Below are positions 45,067 to 58,745 of a stretch of DNA of 64,000 nucleotides, piece after piece; position 1 is the stretch's first letter, and each line of letters begins with the position of its first letter. The stretch covers positions 9,982,001 through 10,046,000 of the forward strand of contig JAQFVV010000006.1 in assembly GCA_028023455.1 (NCBI GenBank), given 5' to 3'. Source of the stretch: Epiperipatus broadwayi (lineage: Eukaryota > Animalia > Onychophora). The position numbers were made by a program, and so were the translations under genes. A model generated the notes under the pieces. That model was given only the letters and a program-made list of their open reading frames with translations. It did not search any database and was not told where the DNA came from.

Positions 45067-47959
45067 TATATATATACACACACACACTAGTATTGGTTCA
45101 AACTCTGATTCCACAATCTATCACTCAAATCTGGCTACATATAAATTTAACAAGTGTGTATACTCACAGTTCACTCAGTATTTTCTCCTATAGAACCTGT
45201 TAACATAAAAAAACAAGATCTTTGCGATCTGCTTTAGTCTCTAGCCACCTGTTGATACCTTCAGAGGCACAATTTCTAGAATTACTTTCCTCAGTGCACA
45301 AACCACCTGTTGCTTCCCAAACAGCCTCACACTGACTTCTTTCAGCCCTGTTTTAAATCCAGTCAGTTCCAAATATCCAGTACTAACAACAGTTCACAGT
45401 TAACAAAATTTGTAGTGAACCCACAAGCAAATCCGCAAAAGCCAAAAGCAAAAAAAAAAACCCCTACCTCTTTTCTGTACATGCTATTTATATCTCTTGC
45501 TGATTTCCCTTGGGCATTATGGTTTTAGTTCTTGGATGCTATCTTATTTCCTCAAATACCAATCAGTCTCTTTCCCCCCCCCCCTGGTATTTTTAATTAG
45601 TCTTTTTCATTGTTTATTTTAAGCAAATATTTCTTATCACTTCTATTAAATTCATTTAACTTTCAATATCAAGCTAATTTTACTCTCATTTACCTTAACT
45701 TTATCTGTTAGCCATCGATTAAATATATTTCTCTAAATATATATTTTTTGCCTTATCTCTTTTTCTGGAGTAATGAATATGTTGTTTACTTCCATAATTA
45801 TTGGGTTTAAATTTAAGTATTACTACGAAACATAGCTCCTCCCCCCCACTACAGAAAAACCCCTGTTTAACTTGATTAGACATAATCTTTTAATTTACTA
45901 TATCTTCACTTTACGTAAATCAGTCTTGGTGATTTTTTCTTCATTTTCAGTTACACCTTTTGCTTCTGTCTGTGGATCAGACTGTTCATCTTCCATTGTT
46001 TTCTCTTCTATTATAAGGTAGCTTTATTGTATGTCAGGCTTTGGGGCACACATTTTACCCTGCTCCTATTTTAATAACTTCAAAATTGTGAGTGATAGTT
46101 GTTTCCTGAGCCCTGAGATGGTTTTCATGGTGTTCCCTCTCACTACAATATGGTTAGACAATATGCTTTGTATTTGTTTCCTTAATCCAGGGTTTTCTTA
46201 GCATATCTCTAATGCAGATCACTTTTCCCACTCTGAACTTTGAATTTTCCTCCCTCTTATACTTGGTTTGCCAAACTTCCTTGTCTTTATGGTGTCACCC
46301 TGGCTATATTGCTCTATCATTCACACTAATGTTTATCCCTATATACTTAAACCAGTCACACACCCGATTAGCAGACCGACATTTCGCCATACTATGTGTA
46401 TAGGTAAATTCATCATTTTATTGCAGCATTTTATTGATACATCAGATACTATTATTTCTACTATGTTATTGCTTACATCTACAGTCCTGAGTTCACGAAT
46501 TTCCATAGCTACACATTCTCCTTTAATTTGATTCCAAACTCCTCTGAAATTAAAGATACTTGATCCATTGTCTATTTCTATATGTACTTTTTTATTGCAG
46601 ACTTCCGCCTGTAACAATAACTTGGTTTGACTGTCTTCCCTTGTGTTGTTAATATTATCATTACTATCATTTGTGCCTTTCTTCATTGTACTATCTTTTT
46701 TCTTACTACAAATTGCTGTTTGCTCTATAACAAGCTCATGAGCCACTCCCTTTTTAAAAGCTTCTCCACAATTACCCTCCACATCGTTGAGCAGGTTTTG
46801 TCTGGATCTGTACTCTGACATGTTCCCTATTACTTGCTCTCTTACTTTACTGTTGACTTCCTTAACCTCTTTTGCATCTTGTTTATTTTAAAACTTACAT
46901 TCTCTTAGCTCTTGCTTTAGTTCTTGTTGCCCTTTTTCTATCTTTTTTATGCTCTCTATTCTCTGACGCTGACTTTCTTTTGTATCCTTAATCTCCTTTA
47001 ATGAAAGGAAATTTTTTTAACTGTATAACATACAATGGCCACTGGCTTGCATTACTAAAATTGAATTATCCTATTATAGACGAACTAAGTGACATCGCTG
47101 TTATTATAGATTTATGACTCTATTACTAGCCTTTAAAAATTATTTCATTATACTTAGGTTCGAGATGGTGACTGCACCAACTTTTGTTATATATTTTCAT
47201 ATATATTATATGGATACCAACAAAAATGACTAATGCAGGAAATTAATGATAAAATTAACATTAAGGGATTATCAATGGTAACTAAGTGCATTTGGTATTA
47301 AACCTCACAACACAGCATTAATAGCAGCAATATTGATCACATTGCACACAACCAATAATTATATATATATATATTGAAACAGTCAATGTCTAATCATCAT
47401 CGAGCTTCATGCTTCACCATCTACATTAACCTCCTGCGGGGCCCGCAATTCAGACCTCGCCGTATATATATGCCATTCCCCCACACACTAGGCATAATTA
47501 TCCAAGGAAATAATAAAATTATTTAGTAAAGTAAAACAGTAGTGTGCATGATGCATATATATATATATATATATATATGAACGGAGCAATAATTCTATTA
47601 ATATTTATTGCTGAAAATTAGATGTTCTTATATAATTGTAAATATCTGTTTATATGTGTGTATTTGATTAAAGTATTGGAATGTAAAAACAAAGAAAAAT
47701 GGGGAAGGCTCAAAATACTGAACTAATCTTTATCTAGATTCTGATTGTTTTCATTAATTAAGATTATAAATCTTAATTAAAATCATAAGCAATTCTTTTG
47801 TTAGTTTGTTTGCAAATCTTTAAAAATATCTAAAATGGTATTTCGAGCCTTATCTGTTTTAAAAATTTTTGTTAATTAGATATTTTACTAATTAAACATG
47901 TTTTTTTTTAATTAAGAGATTACAGGGATAGCTATGGGAAACTGAAATTGCATTCTTGG

Positions 47960-48130
47960 GGGGATTAAAAGGTGTATAAAAAGGGCCCATAGAAGAAAAT
48001 ACGGTACTTTTCTTTCACTGACTTTCCAGTCAGTTAACTTTGAGTTACTTTTCAGTCATTTACTTTGAGTTACCTTCAGTTAATTTCTGTTAGTGAGACA
48101 ATTCTTTCAGAACATCTTTCAATAAAATAG
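47960..48130 (+). promoter_or_regulatory. LTR-like TATA and polyA arrangement inside the 3-kb insert
   Basis: GTATAAAAAGGGCCC at about 47974 and AATAAA at 48121. Confidence 0.3.
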
Positions 48131-51100
48131 ATTTTAAGAAGTCCGGAAAAGTCAAGGGCTATGAACTTTTAGTAGAAAAGAAGCACATTTCTCTCCTTCT
48201 CTTGGAGAACTGTTTGCCTGCTGCCACCATGTTCCATCCATCTGATCGGCCGTACAAGATGACCGTTCAACTGCTGATTGCTAATAATGCACCTAGTGCT
48301 ATTCTAAGGTAACCTCATTCTATGTGGAGCTGCCTTTAATATAAAGTCCTTAGGTAATCTGTTTATCTAAGATATAATGAAAATCTTACATTTTATTCAG
48401 GTATTAATTTATAAGTTTCTGCTAATTTTGCTCTTAAACTCTCTCTCTCTCTCTCTCTGTAATCCCTTACTAGTATTATGTAATTCTAACTATCCTCTTT
48501 CACACTTAAATTAGGTTATATAGCTTTGTGCGGCTCCATTGATATTTAACTGATTTTGTTTAATATATATATAATTTATTTTCTTTAATATGCCAATAAT
48601 ACCCAAACTCACAAATCTGAAAAAGGGGAAAATAATTGTTTAATTTGGAAAGAAGCAGGGCTTCATTAAAAACCTATCAATTCAGTTTTGTTTATATGAA
48701 ATAGAAATTGCTCGCGAGTTTGGTTTCATTTTAAATTCGTTATTCTTGAAGTCAATTAAAACTTTTACTATGGATGAATTTTGCTAAATTTACTGCTTTG
48801 AATTTGTCTTTAAAATTTCATTTTAAAAGATCGTGAACCTTAATTAATATAATTAGGATCATCCTTTGCTGTTGCCTTGAGGGCTAATCCTAGCAATTAA
48901 TGCGTATATGGGAATCGAAATTAAATATAAATTTTATTAGTTTAATGGTATAAAAAAGAGTTATTATTCATTACAATTTGTTAAATGATTCAGGATTGAA
49001 AACAGGTTATTGCACTCCAGGTTAGACCATTTCCAAACTTTAAAATAATATTATATGAAAATTATATTATAAAATTATATAAACGTTGCTGGCATACATT
49101 TTCCTTTATTCTGATATTTTATCTTTTCATTTCATAATTGTTTTGTCATTGGGGACGTCAGAAACCTGAAGCTCCCATCCTACTTTTCAAAATCATTCAT
49201 AATCAGGGATACTACTCCCTGTGGAACGTGAGGTTTACGAGGTTGATATGCTGTGGATGGCCATACAGCCAGCTCTGGGCCTTCAAACTCAGCCTCTCTA
49301 TCAGTACCATTCACCAGAATGTGTGGATGTACCACACCTAAGTTCGAATTGAGTTGCTTTTTAAAATGATAAAATATCCACAATCACCATGAAGGCCGTA
49401 CTTTTTTATTGTATGCTAGTACCGTTACTCTGCTCCAATCACCGTCTGTCTAACCTTGGTAAGTCGCAATGATGTGTTAAAAATAATGATTCATTTCATA
49501 AAATACAGTCAGTTTGTTGAGTTAAACTGCTTTCGTTTAAAACCGTTATCGATTCCCATAGACGTAAATCTAATTTGTATTAATGATTGCATAATTTATT
49601 CTCGTAAATATAGCGCATTGTTTGTTTCTTATGTATAAGTTCCAATGACATCTTTTCCAAACAAGGCCCATAACAGTATATATAATGATGTTCGTAAGGT
49701 GGATAAATGATTAATATTGTATATTTTTGCCTGTTTATCAAATCAGTTATACTAAACCTGTCGCGATTTTTTATATTTATTTTAGGCATTCACAACGTCC
49801 TGTTAGTAAAATTTTATTAAATTGGTATATTAACTCTGCACAAGTTACAATACACTCTATAAAATTGTATTCATTAAATGATTAATAAAGGGGATTTTAT
49901 AAAAACAAATCCCAAGTTTTGTAAATAAACCATGTCATCCCAAGTATGAAACAATTTTGTAATATATATGCGTTTTCTTAATATTTTATTAAATATATAT
50001 TTCATGTGAATCCTGGTTTGTTTTTGAATTATTATTTTCTAATTAGTATTTAGAATTATTTTCTTTAGCTAATAGATTAGCATTCAGAAATATCGTTGTA
50101 ATAACTGTAACTCCTGGGCTACTCTTATCTTGATCATCATCATCATTCTGATCTTATGCTCCACTGCTTTGCTTCCGGGCCCGAAATTAAAATAATTGTG
50201 CTGTATCATCAGGATTGTTGTTCATTGGGTCAGAGACTCGAAGAATAGGCAAATAGGTTAGAATTCAGGATTGCTCCAGACCTGTGTATCTCGAGCATGA
50301 TCAGATTTGAGGTACTTTTGCTTAGGATTTGAATCTTGTTGAGTGAACAGACTGTTTTGACTGGAACAATACACACACACTATTATTGGGTCAAACTCTG
50401 ACTCCACAATCTATCGCTGAAATCTAGCTGTGTATAAATTTAACAAGTGTGTATACTCACAGCTCATTCTGTTTTATAGAGCCTGTTAGGCATAAAAAAC
50501 AAAATAAGATTTGTGTGATGTGCTTTACTCCCAATCTGACTGTTGGTACCTTTCAGAGGCACTTTTCTCTGGGATTACTTTCCTCAGTGCACAAACTGTC
50601 CTTTGCTTCTGGATAACTTCTCATTGGTTTCTTTCACCCCTGTTTTAATTCCAGTCAGCCCCAAATATCCAGTACTATCAGTTCACAGATAACAAAATTT
50701 ATAATGAACATGCAAGCATGTCTGCAAAAGCAAAAAAACCCCACACCCTTGCAATTTTCTGCACATGCTATTTATATCTCTTGCTGATTTCCCTTGGGCA
50801 TTCTGGTTTTAATTCTTGATTGGTATCTTATTTCCTCACATACCAATCAGCCTATTCTCCCCTCTGGTATTTTTAATTGATCTTTTTCAACTTCGAAACA
50901 CACATAATTTTTATTATACAATAAAGATCTGAGAACCAATGTATCAGTTCTCAGACCTAGTTCTATTAATGGAAAAAGAGATAATGACAATACTAAAGTG
51001 CAAACAGACATCTATGAAGTATGTCAAATGTATAATGGAATCAACAAATGAATTCCAGCAGTGGTGATTAAATTTAATAGGTTTCAAATGGTAGTGGTTA

Positions 51101-52377
51101 AAATGACTGACAGACATCATCACTGCAACCAAATTATATTTACTCATTAGTCAGTTGTAATGAATATCAAATAATAGTAGCAGTGGATCTTCTGAGAACA
51201 TCAAACCAGAAGAAGCAACAAAGTGAAGATGTCTTCCAGCACCCCTGCATGATTATGTTTTCAAGGGGCTAATTTTAGCCAGGGGCAATATTGTCATATT
51301 TCAACTTGCCTTCAAATAATGAACTAGTCCAGATTCCTTTCTTACCACAATTGGATTGAGCATTCATTGGCGCTAACCAATATATATATATATATATAAA
51401 GACAATGCACAGTCAATGGCAAGAACAGACCAGTAATTAATCACTGAATCCGAATATTTCCATTAAGGTTGGAGATCAGGCAATAAATAGTCAGCCTTTT
51501 TGAAAGTAAGCAGAAAACTACTGTCAAACCTGAAAGACGATATGTGTTCTCCAGAGAACTACTGTTAAACATAAATAACAGTAGCCTTGTTCTTTGAATA
51601 CAGTCAAAAGAAACTCCTACTAACATGAACAACAGTGATCATTCACCAGACTATAAATATTTAAGCTAATGGTTAATGCAGTGAGACAAATCTATATTTC
51701 AATACTGGAAGCTGCCAGAATCCAAGCCAATTTGAGGGAAAATGTAATTACAGCCTGAAGAGTCACCATATCTACTCATGAGACAGGCTGTCAAATACAA
51801 CTGGAAGTGGGTAGAGAAATCTATAAGGCACATGCATACTGTCCCTTCAATAGTTCGTATTAGAACTGGTAGCTGTACCCTGCTAGAAAGCAGCAGGTAG
51901 CATATAGGCATCATTAGTTGAATCTGTAAATATTGTAAATATATTAGAAAGAAGTGTAGGTTTGTATCTATATATTACTAATAAATGTTATTAAAACATG
52001 TATACTTGTTTGTGTTAATATGAGTATATTCTTGTTTGTGTTTATATGAGTAATCCAAACTAAACACAACATAGATACAATACTGAGATATAGAAGCAAG
52101 TTCAAAGCCACCAACAAAAAATTGATTAGATAAAACTGTTTTGTTTATTAGCCAAGGTTAGAAGCTAATCAGTTTTATCTTTTATTATTATTATAATACA
52201 GTAATTGCAAGGAAATCAAGTCATATATCATGTGTCTTAATTTAATAAGCTTGTATTATAAATGTTTTGAAACATATGGATGTCTGAAAATTTCAGATTT
52301 TCTACTTAATAGTTAAACATTAGATAAAGTGCTGAGCTTGGCCTGATATTTCAAATCTAATGCTTGAATAGTCTAGC

Positions 52378-52418
52378 ACCTCACTGATGAAAGTCAGAGC
52401 TAGAAACTGGTTTGAGAA
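52378..52418 (+). ncRNA. Type I hammerhead motif (family C)
   Basis: ACCUCA CUGAUGA A-AGU-CAGA-GCU-A GAAAC UG GUU UGAG. Confidence 0.6.
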
Positions 52419-54183
52419 TAGGGATATTCTGAAAAGCTTGTTAAGAGCTATTGACATGCTCATTATATAATATACAGTTTATTGTAATTTGCCCTGTCAA
52501 TGTTGACTACTAAAACTCAATTATTAGATCTCTTCATCAAGTATAAAATTCTTGATAAGGACATGAAAGTGTTGAAAGAACTCTTCAAAATAAAAAAAAA
52601 TGCTTATGACTTTATTGCTACATAAGTTGAGTGCCACAATCGATCCAAATCGGATGCTCTATCAACTGGCCAAACTGCACAAGGTCTTCAAGTTTTTTAG
52701 TAAAGAAATACCGTAAGTCTTTTATTTATAATCACTTGTTTCTATAATTCATTGTACAATTTTTGGTTAATGTATCTGGATGAGTTATATTTTAATTGAA
52801 AAGATTATTACCTCACTAGTTAAAAATTTGCATTAATCAATTTTTTTTTTAAATTTGCATTAATCAATTTTTTTTAAAAAAAAAATTTGCATTAATCAAA
52901 TTTTGAAGATGCGTCATGAGAATAAAAAATTCCTATTGTGAAAATGAAGATGTGTGTGTATATAATTGCAAAGCAGGCTTTTGCAGAATATAATTCTATA
53001 TTTCACTATGCTTTAAATCTTTTATTACGTTTACATTATATAACTCGCTTTGAGAAGTCGAAGCAGCTCTTTGTAATCTTAAAAATGAAAAGACTGCAGA
53101 TCCTGATACAATTTATGGAGAAGTTTTAAAATACTGCATTGAAACATTAGCTTCCAAAATATTGAATTTTTAAAAATGAATATATGATTCATGAAATTAT
53201 GCTGCTTGACCTCAATGATACTTTTACTGTTCCACTTTTTAATAATGAATAGATAAGGATTGCAATAACCATCATGGTATTGTTATGAACTCATCCTAAC
53301 TTAGCATTTTACATTCAAATAATTGACTTATGTTTATTAGATCAGATTCAAGTTACAATAAGGCTAGCCAATGAAATTACGATAAAAGGAAAGCAATAGC
53401 CGATGATATAAACCATCCAATTGGGGAGTTAAATCATGAATCCAATCATTTCCAATTAGGGCATGCATCTCATTATAAAAGGAGACAACAAAATTCAGAT
53501 TTTAGACTACTTCCAGATGTTAAATTGTAGTAGTCCATGGTATTGTAAAACACAGCGAGACATGCTCAATCCTAGAATTATAGACTATTGTTCCTCCACA
53601 GGAAGCAACCACCTTTAGGCTGGAAGTGTCAGAATCTTAAAGGAAGGCCACATCATTCTTGCCCAAATATTATGTACAACTAATAGCTAGAATTGCATAG
53701 TTCTATCATAATTTGATGCAAAACATCATAGACATATATATTGTGCATAAAATACTACATACATGTATATGTATGTGTGTGTATATGTATGTGTGTGCAT
53801 TGTAATGTCTTTATAGTTGTGTGTTATTCTTAAGTGACCAGGAATATTACGCCTGATCACACAATAGGATGGGTGCTATCATGATAAGATCTTACCTTCA
53901 TGAGTTATTTAGATTTTATTCGTTTATATGAAAGAAAAAATAGCATTTAGTATTATTAGTGTGTTTGTAAAATAAAAAAAACGATGCTAATAATTGCTTG
54001 TTTCTATAAAGAATTTTTGGAAAGATAAATCAAAATGGTGAAAATTGATTTCTTCTAAGAATTCGATTTTACCAATCGAAAATTGATCACCTATGGCAAA
54101 CCAAATGAAAAAAAATCGGAATTAAAATTAACTTTCATTAGCATTTATGGTTCTTCAACATATGCCATCTTGTGCTCTTATTC

Positions 54184-54247
54184 GGCCCCTACACATCCTT
54201 CGATACAGTAATATCAGCCCCTACACATCCTTCGATACAGTAATATC
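54184..54247 (+). repeat. Short tandem duplication (2 x 31 bp); similar ones at 9626-9685 (2 x about 28), 52823-52902 (3 x about 28) and 55839-55926 (2 x 44)
   Basis: Directly visible adjacent copies. Confidence 0.85.
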
Positions 54248-54911
54248 TCTCCCGATGGCTTATTTCTGTCCAAAATTTTCATTTTTATGAGGTACAATAT
54301 CAATCTGGGAGAGAAAGAAAAAGCTAGAGAAAGGTAACACTGAACTGCCACTCAAGGATATTTTAAATGAAGCTCTGAGAGACCATTTCATTTATGGAAA
54401 GAAAGACTACAAATTTTAGAGTCAAGCTGTTGTGAAGTCTTTTAATTTGACAGCCTCCCAGATGATTAGCTGAATCTACAATGAGACAGATGACTCCAGT
54501 ATTAAAATTGTAAATCAGAAATCTCTGCCAAATGAATACTCAGCTTCCAAAACTAAAATGGGTGATCATCAAGTTTGCCACAGACATGACAAGCCATAAC
54601 ATAAAAATACCAAATGACAGCAGTCATAGACAGAATAAAAATACTGTAATCAAATTGGTGTCATAAAAACCACGTTTGCCTTTCAATTTTTTATAATGAA
54701 TTAAGAGGCACTTATGAAGCCCTCATAGTTTGAATCATAATTAATGATATGCCAATAACAATGGAACTGATTACTGATCTGATGTATCCATTGTATCAAA
54801 AACACTTAGGCTATCATTAATAAATAAAAATAATAATCGGCTGCAATCTATCGGAAAAATGATTATTGATTACCAAGACAACCTAAAACTGCTTTTGGGT
54901 CAAACAATAAA

Positions 54912-55524
54912 AGTTAAACCACTAAACATCACATGATCACTATTTCTTATGCTAACACATAACTGTTATTAAAACAGGCAAAACTCTCCATACAGTAGTG
55001 CCACTCGGTGCCAACCAGAGTAATCAATGTATGCCAGAAGGCTTGTGCACTACTGTATGGAGAGTTTTGCCTGTTTTTAATAACAGTTATAGGAAATAGT
55101 GATCATGTGATGTTTAGTGGTTTAACACCAATCCTGCCTAATAGAATAATGGTGGTTATGGTTGTTAAAGAGCCAAAGACACCAAAATGTATGGGTACTG
55201 AACTGGGTTCAGACCCATATGACTGTATGAGCTATTGAGCTCAGATTGAAAATATTGTGTGTGTCAATTTTATTCTCAGTTTTGTAGTTAAGTAGAGATA
55301 AAAGGTGGCTGCAGGAGGGTTGCATTAGATCCTAAGATCTAGGTTCAGTGCTTTCAGATTCAACACTACTCACTGACGAAGGCCACAAGCCACAAACTAG
55401 TTTGGGGATATTAGATGAGTAGACACTAGATAAGGATTTTATGCACAAGCCTTCTGGAATCCATTGATTACTCTTGTTGGCACTGAGTGGCACTAATGTA
55501 TGGAGAGTTTTGCCTGTTTTAATA
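54912..55524. mobile_element. Family A HHR element, inverted arm plus more-than-unit-length sense tandem
   Basis: Antisense 54912-55047, then sense 3' piece, head-to-tail junction at 55127/55128 and a full unit; internal repeat period about 443 nt. It sits inside a Gypsy remnant. Confidence 0.9.
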
Positions 55525-56439
55525 ATAATTAAAATTACTATTCCAAATAAGATTATTCAATGGCACCTTTTTGTATGGGCTGATGAACATAACAATTTAT
55601 TAGTTGTGGTTGGTTCGAACCAGCTCACAAATATAACCAAATTAAAAAGGGTATATCCAGATTATGATTGAAAATAAACTGGGACTGCACTTTAGAACAA
55701 AACCTATCAGTCCTTAATCCTAAGAAGCATAGTCATGGAAAGAAAAAATTACTGATGCAGATAGATACTAAAGTTCTATTCCATTTGTTCAATGGATCCA
55801 TTAAATGGGTTCTAGTAACAGCCATTGACATAAAAAGCTTGAACACTGTTGTAGTCCAAACTGTTAATGGACAACACTTACTTGAACATTGTTGTAGTCC
55901 AAACTGTTAATGGACAACACTTACTACAGATTTCAAGATCAAAGAAAGCCAGACTGAAATGCCATGCAACAATAAACAGTTCACATTAATGAAGAGTTAA
56001 TCAGACATGAGGAAGAATTCAGATCTTGTGAAGATTCCAGTCCAGATGAACAAAACAGATCTGGTGATGAAATCAGACCCAAAAACAATGCACTCACACC
56101 TCAAGATGAAGCAAAAAAGTGATTAACAAGTTCTCTTGAGGACTACATACTGCAAGGTTTTCTGGGGGAGGAGGGATGGCAAATCATGCTAACTCAGCTG
56201 AAGCTTACATTATTACTATATTATCAGTGAACAGATTCAAGTTACAATAAGATTGACCAATGGCTTAACAATAATATGAAATATATAGCCATTGGTATAA
56301 ACAGTCCAATTGGAGAGCTAGGTAAGTGAATATGGTGAATTCCAGTAAGGACAGAATCACACAGTAATAGCAGAAAACAATTTTCAGACATTGTTAAACA
56401 TCCACAACATTGTAGAACATAAATATATTAAATAGCCTA

Positions 56440-56785
56440 TTCTTTTAAATTCATGTAAAATAAAAAACAAATGACCCCCAAGATGCATTTCATGCTGAGT
56501 CAGCACTTATCTGTTGGTCCAGGTCACTTTCATATATATCGTTATTATATAAAAAACATCTATCTACATAAAATAATTACATTTTAAATTACAACTGTCA
56601 AATTAATTCAACCCATATCTTTGACACCATCCACTTTAAATAAATACAGTAATGACTATCATTAATTATTTACTAAACTAAAAATTGTGACCTGGACCAA
56701 CTGATGAATGTTGGTTCAGCACGAAATGCTTGGGAGTCATTTGTCTTTTATTGTATCTTTATTTATATGAATTTAAAAGAATATG
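56440..56785. mobile_element. Family B variant fold-back
   Basis: attcttttaaattcat...ggtccaggtcac inverted against gtgacctggacc...atgaatttaaaagaat. Confidence 0.75.
56697..56733 (+). ncRNA. Type I hammerhead motif (family B variant)
   Basis: CCAA CUGAUGA AUGUUG-GUU-CAGCAC GAAA UGC UUGG; the inverted partner at 56476-56517 shows helix III AUGCAU plus C. Confidence 0.6.
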
Positions 56786-58126
56786 TGGTAATGTTGAGGT
56801 TATTTAATAAATTTATAAAGATATTACACATGGGAAAAAAGAAATGTGAATAATCCCATGTGTTTGTCTCTTTAATTTTAAAAAATCAGATAGATTAATC
56901 TTTAATTGAGTTTTGAAATTAATATCTGTCTACAGACAATCTCTAGTTTAGTAAATGATTAATAATAATCATTACTATATTTATCTAAAGTGAATGGTGC
57001 CAAAGATGTGAGTTGAGTTAATTTGACACTTGTAATTCAAAATGTAATTATTGCAGAACACAGTGAAGCATATTCAATCCTGCAGCAGGAAGCTGTTAAT
57101 TATCACATGATACAAGCTCATAGGCTGAAAATGTCAGGATTAGAGAAAGATCACAGTATCCTTCACAAATATTGGCTATACTGGTAACAGCTAGACTTGC
57201 ACAATTCATCAGTTATAATAATGGTGGATCATCATAGTTAAAAATTGTAAGTACTGTTTATAAAATACTATATACTATAATCATCAGATGAGAATTTTCA
57301 GGTACAGCTAATATCCATCACCAAAAGGGCCATTAGATTTATCATCTAGAATTTCTTAAATTAATGCATCAACATTCATTGGGTATTTAGCTGTTGATAC
57401 TGGTATAGGAAGGTTATAATTTATTTGTGAGAACATCTAACCATTTATAGCCACTAAGTAATGGAGATGTAATGATTCCTTGGAATATTCAATTGATCAT
57501 AGCACGTGATGATACGATAACAACAATGTTACTAATAAAGGAGACCATGATAAATTTAAACAAAAGAAATTTATTATAAATTCATTAGTTTATATTAAAC
57601 ATACACTATAATTATTTTAGCTATTATATTTTATTAACTAAAATGTTTTGCTTATATATAAATTACTTTAATGGGTCATGACTCTAACTTTATGTCATGT
57701 ATATAATCATCACGGACCAGATTTCAGGAGTAAATTGATAATATCAATTATTTAATCCGTAAAACAGTAGTTATGCATGTTAAAACTAAGTTAACTATGT
57801 GTGCACATACAGCAATACTAATACAGACTTTGATAACACATCTTATAATGGTCACTCATATGAAAATTACATATTTTAAACACTGCTATGGTCATTACAA
57901 ATTAATCATCGCACAACTAATTTATAAATACTTGAGATATATCTAAAAATAAATAGCTTTAATAAAATTTTTACTTCAAAATCTAAATAATAAGCCCGTG
58001 ATTCATTGGTAAATGGTGGATATGCTTCAAAAATATATCTGTAAAGTAAGGTGTATAAAATTTTGAAAATACTCTACTAATACATATAACTACCCCAATA
58101 TACTCTAAGCTGTATAAATTCATCTA

Positions 58127-58159
<33 letters not shown>

Positions 58160-58334
58160 ATTCTTCAAAAAATAATACAATAATTAATACAGTAAATAAT
58201 ATTTTAAAAACAAATATCTACTATAATTTAATAGAAGTACTTTCGACTATCTAAGTAGTCATTATCAACTATATTGAAATTCAGTTACAAAAAAAAATCA
58301 TTATAAATGTCTACAAAAACAATTATTTCATACA

Positions 58335-58660
58335 TCAATTTTCCCACAATTCATTAATTTTTATATTAGCAGCTTGGCTATTTATCAAATGCTGCTTTCC
58401 ATTTCTTATTAACATAGCTTCTTTAATTTTACTTTTATTATTATTATTTCTTTCAATACATAAAATCTTAGCTTTATTAAAATCAAAATCAAAACCATAT
58501 ATACATGTAACATTATGATCAAAAAATACTGAAGGTTATATGTCATCATTTCTAACACTTTCTTGTCTTGGTTTTTGCACTCGTTTATCCCCTATGTACA
58601 CCGAGATTCACCTATATATGCTTTCCCACAAACACACCACCATTTATATATTGCACAACT
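58335..58660 (-). pseudogene. Penelope-type GIY-YIG endonuclease fragment
   Basis: AIYKWWCVCGKAYIGESR, then after a frameshift KRVQ...SVRNDDI*PSVFFDH...FDFDFNKAKILCIERNNNNKSKIKEAMLIRNGKQHLIN...LWEN*; matches the PLE EN layout VYK..C.CG..YIGE...FD...KIL..E....R.IKEA..I. Confidence 0.85.
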
Positions 58661-58703
58661 TTGATTTAAAATACCACATCTATTTTTTGAACTGAATTTG
58701 AAT

Positions 58704-58745
58704 ATAGTTGATAATGACTACTTAGATAGTCGAAAGTACTTCTAT
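58704..58745 (+). ncRNA. Hammerhead motif in a PLE pLTR (mirror copy on minus at 58231-58272)
   Basis: AUAG uUGAUaA-U-GACUA-CUUAGA-UAGUC GAA AGUACU U CUAU; palindromic helix III, two core substitutions shared by both arms. Confidence 0.6.

Larger units (their letters stand above)
44539..50890 (-). mobile_element. Decayed, internally deleted Gypsy-type LTR retrotransposon with interrupted LTRs
   Basis: Direct-repeat blocks 44539-44745 / 47185-47372 (both end ATAACA on minus) and 45074-45612 / 50371-50890 (contain CCAAT and TATAAATA); PBS-like TGGTGCAGTCACCA at 47166-79 (resembles tRNA-His PBS); protease remnants KVHIEIDNGSS and LIG-DWF; integrase-tail remnant KFRVGKVICIRD...KPW; PPT at 45836-47. 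Confidence 0.65.
53285..56430 (+). mobile_element. Decayed Gypsy-type LTR retrotransposon
   Basis: Similar blocks at about 53290-53450 and 56185-56340 (cagattcaagttacaataag...ccaattgg); gag-like ILNEALRDHFIYG at about 54360; integrase-tail-like KWV...NTVVVQTVNG; purine tract ggggagggagggatg at about 56165. Confidence 0.55.

Noticed and set aside
45074-50890. Treating 45074-45612 and 50371-50890 alone as the complete LTR pair
   Set aside because: Neither block has TG...CA ends or an adjacent PBS/PPT; these signals fit only when the blocks are joined to 44539-44745 and 47185-47372.
57055-57560. Possible exon(s) EHSEAYSILQQEAV...
   Set aside because: In-frame stops and no recognisable homology; more likely a decayed TE coding remnant.
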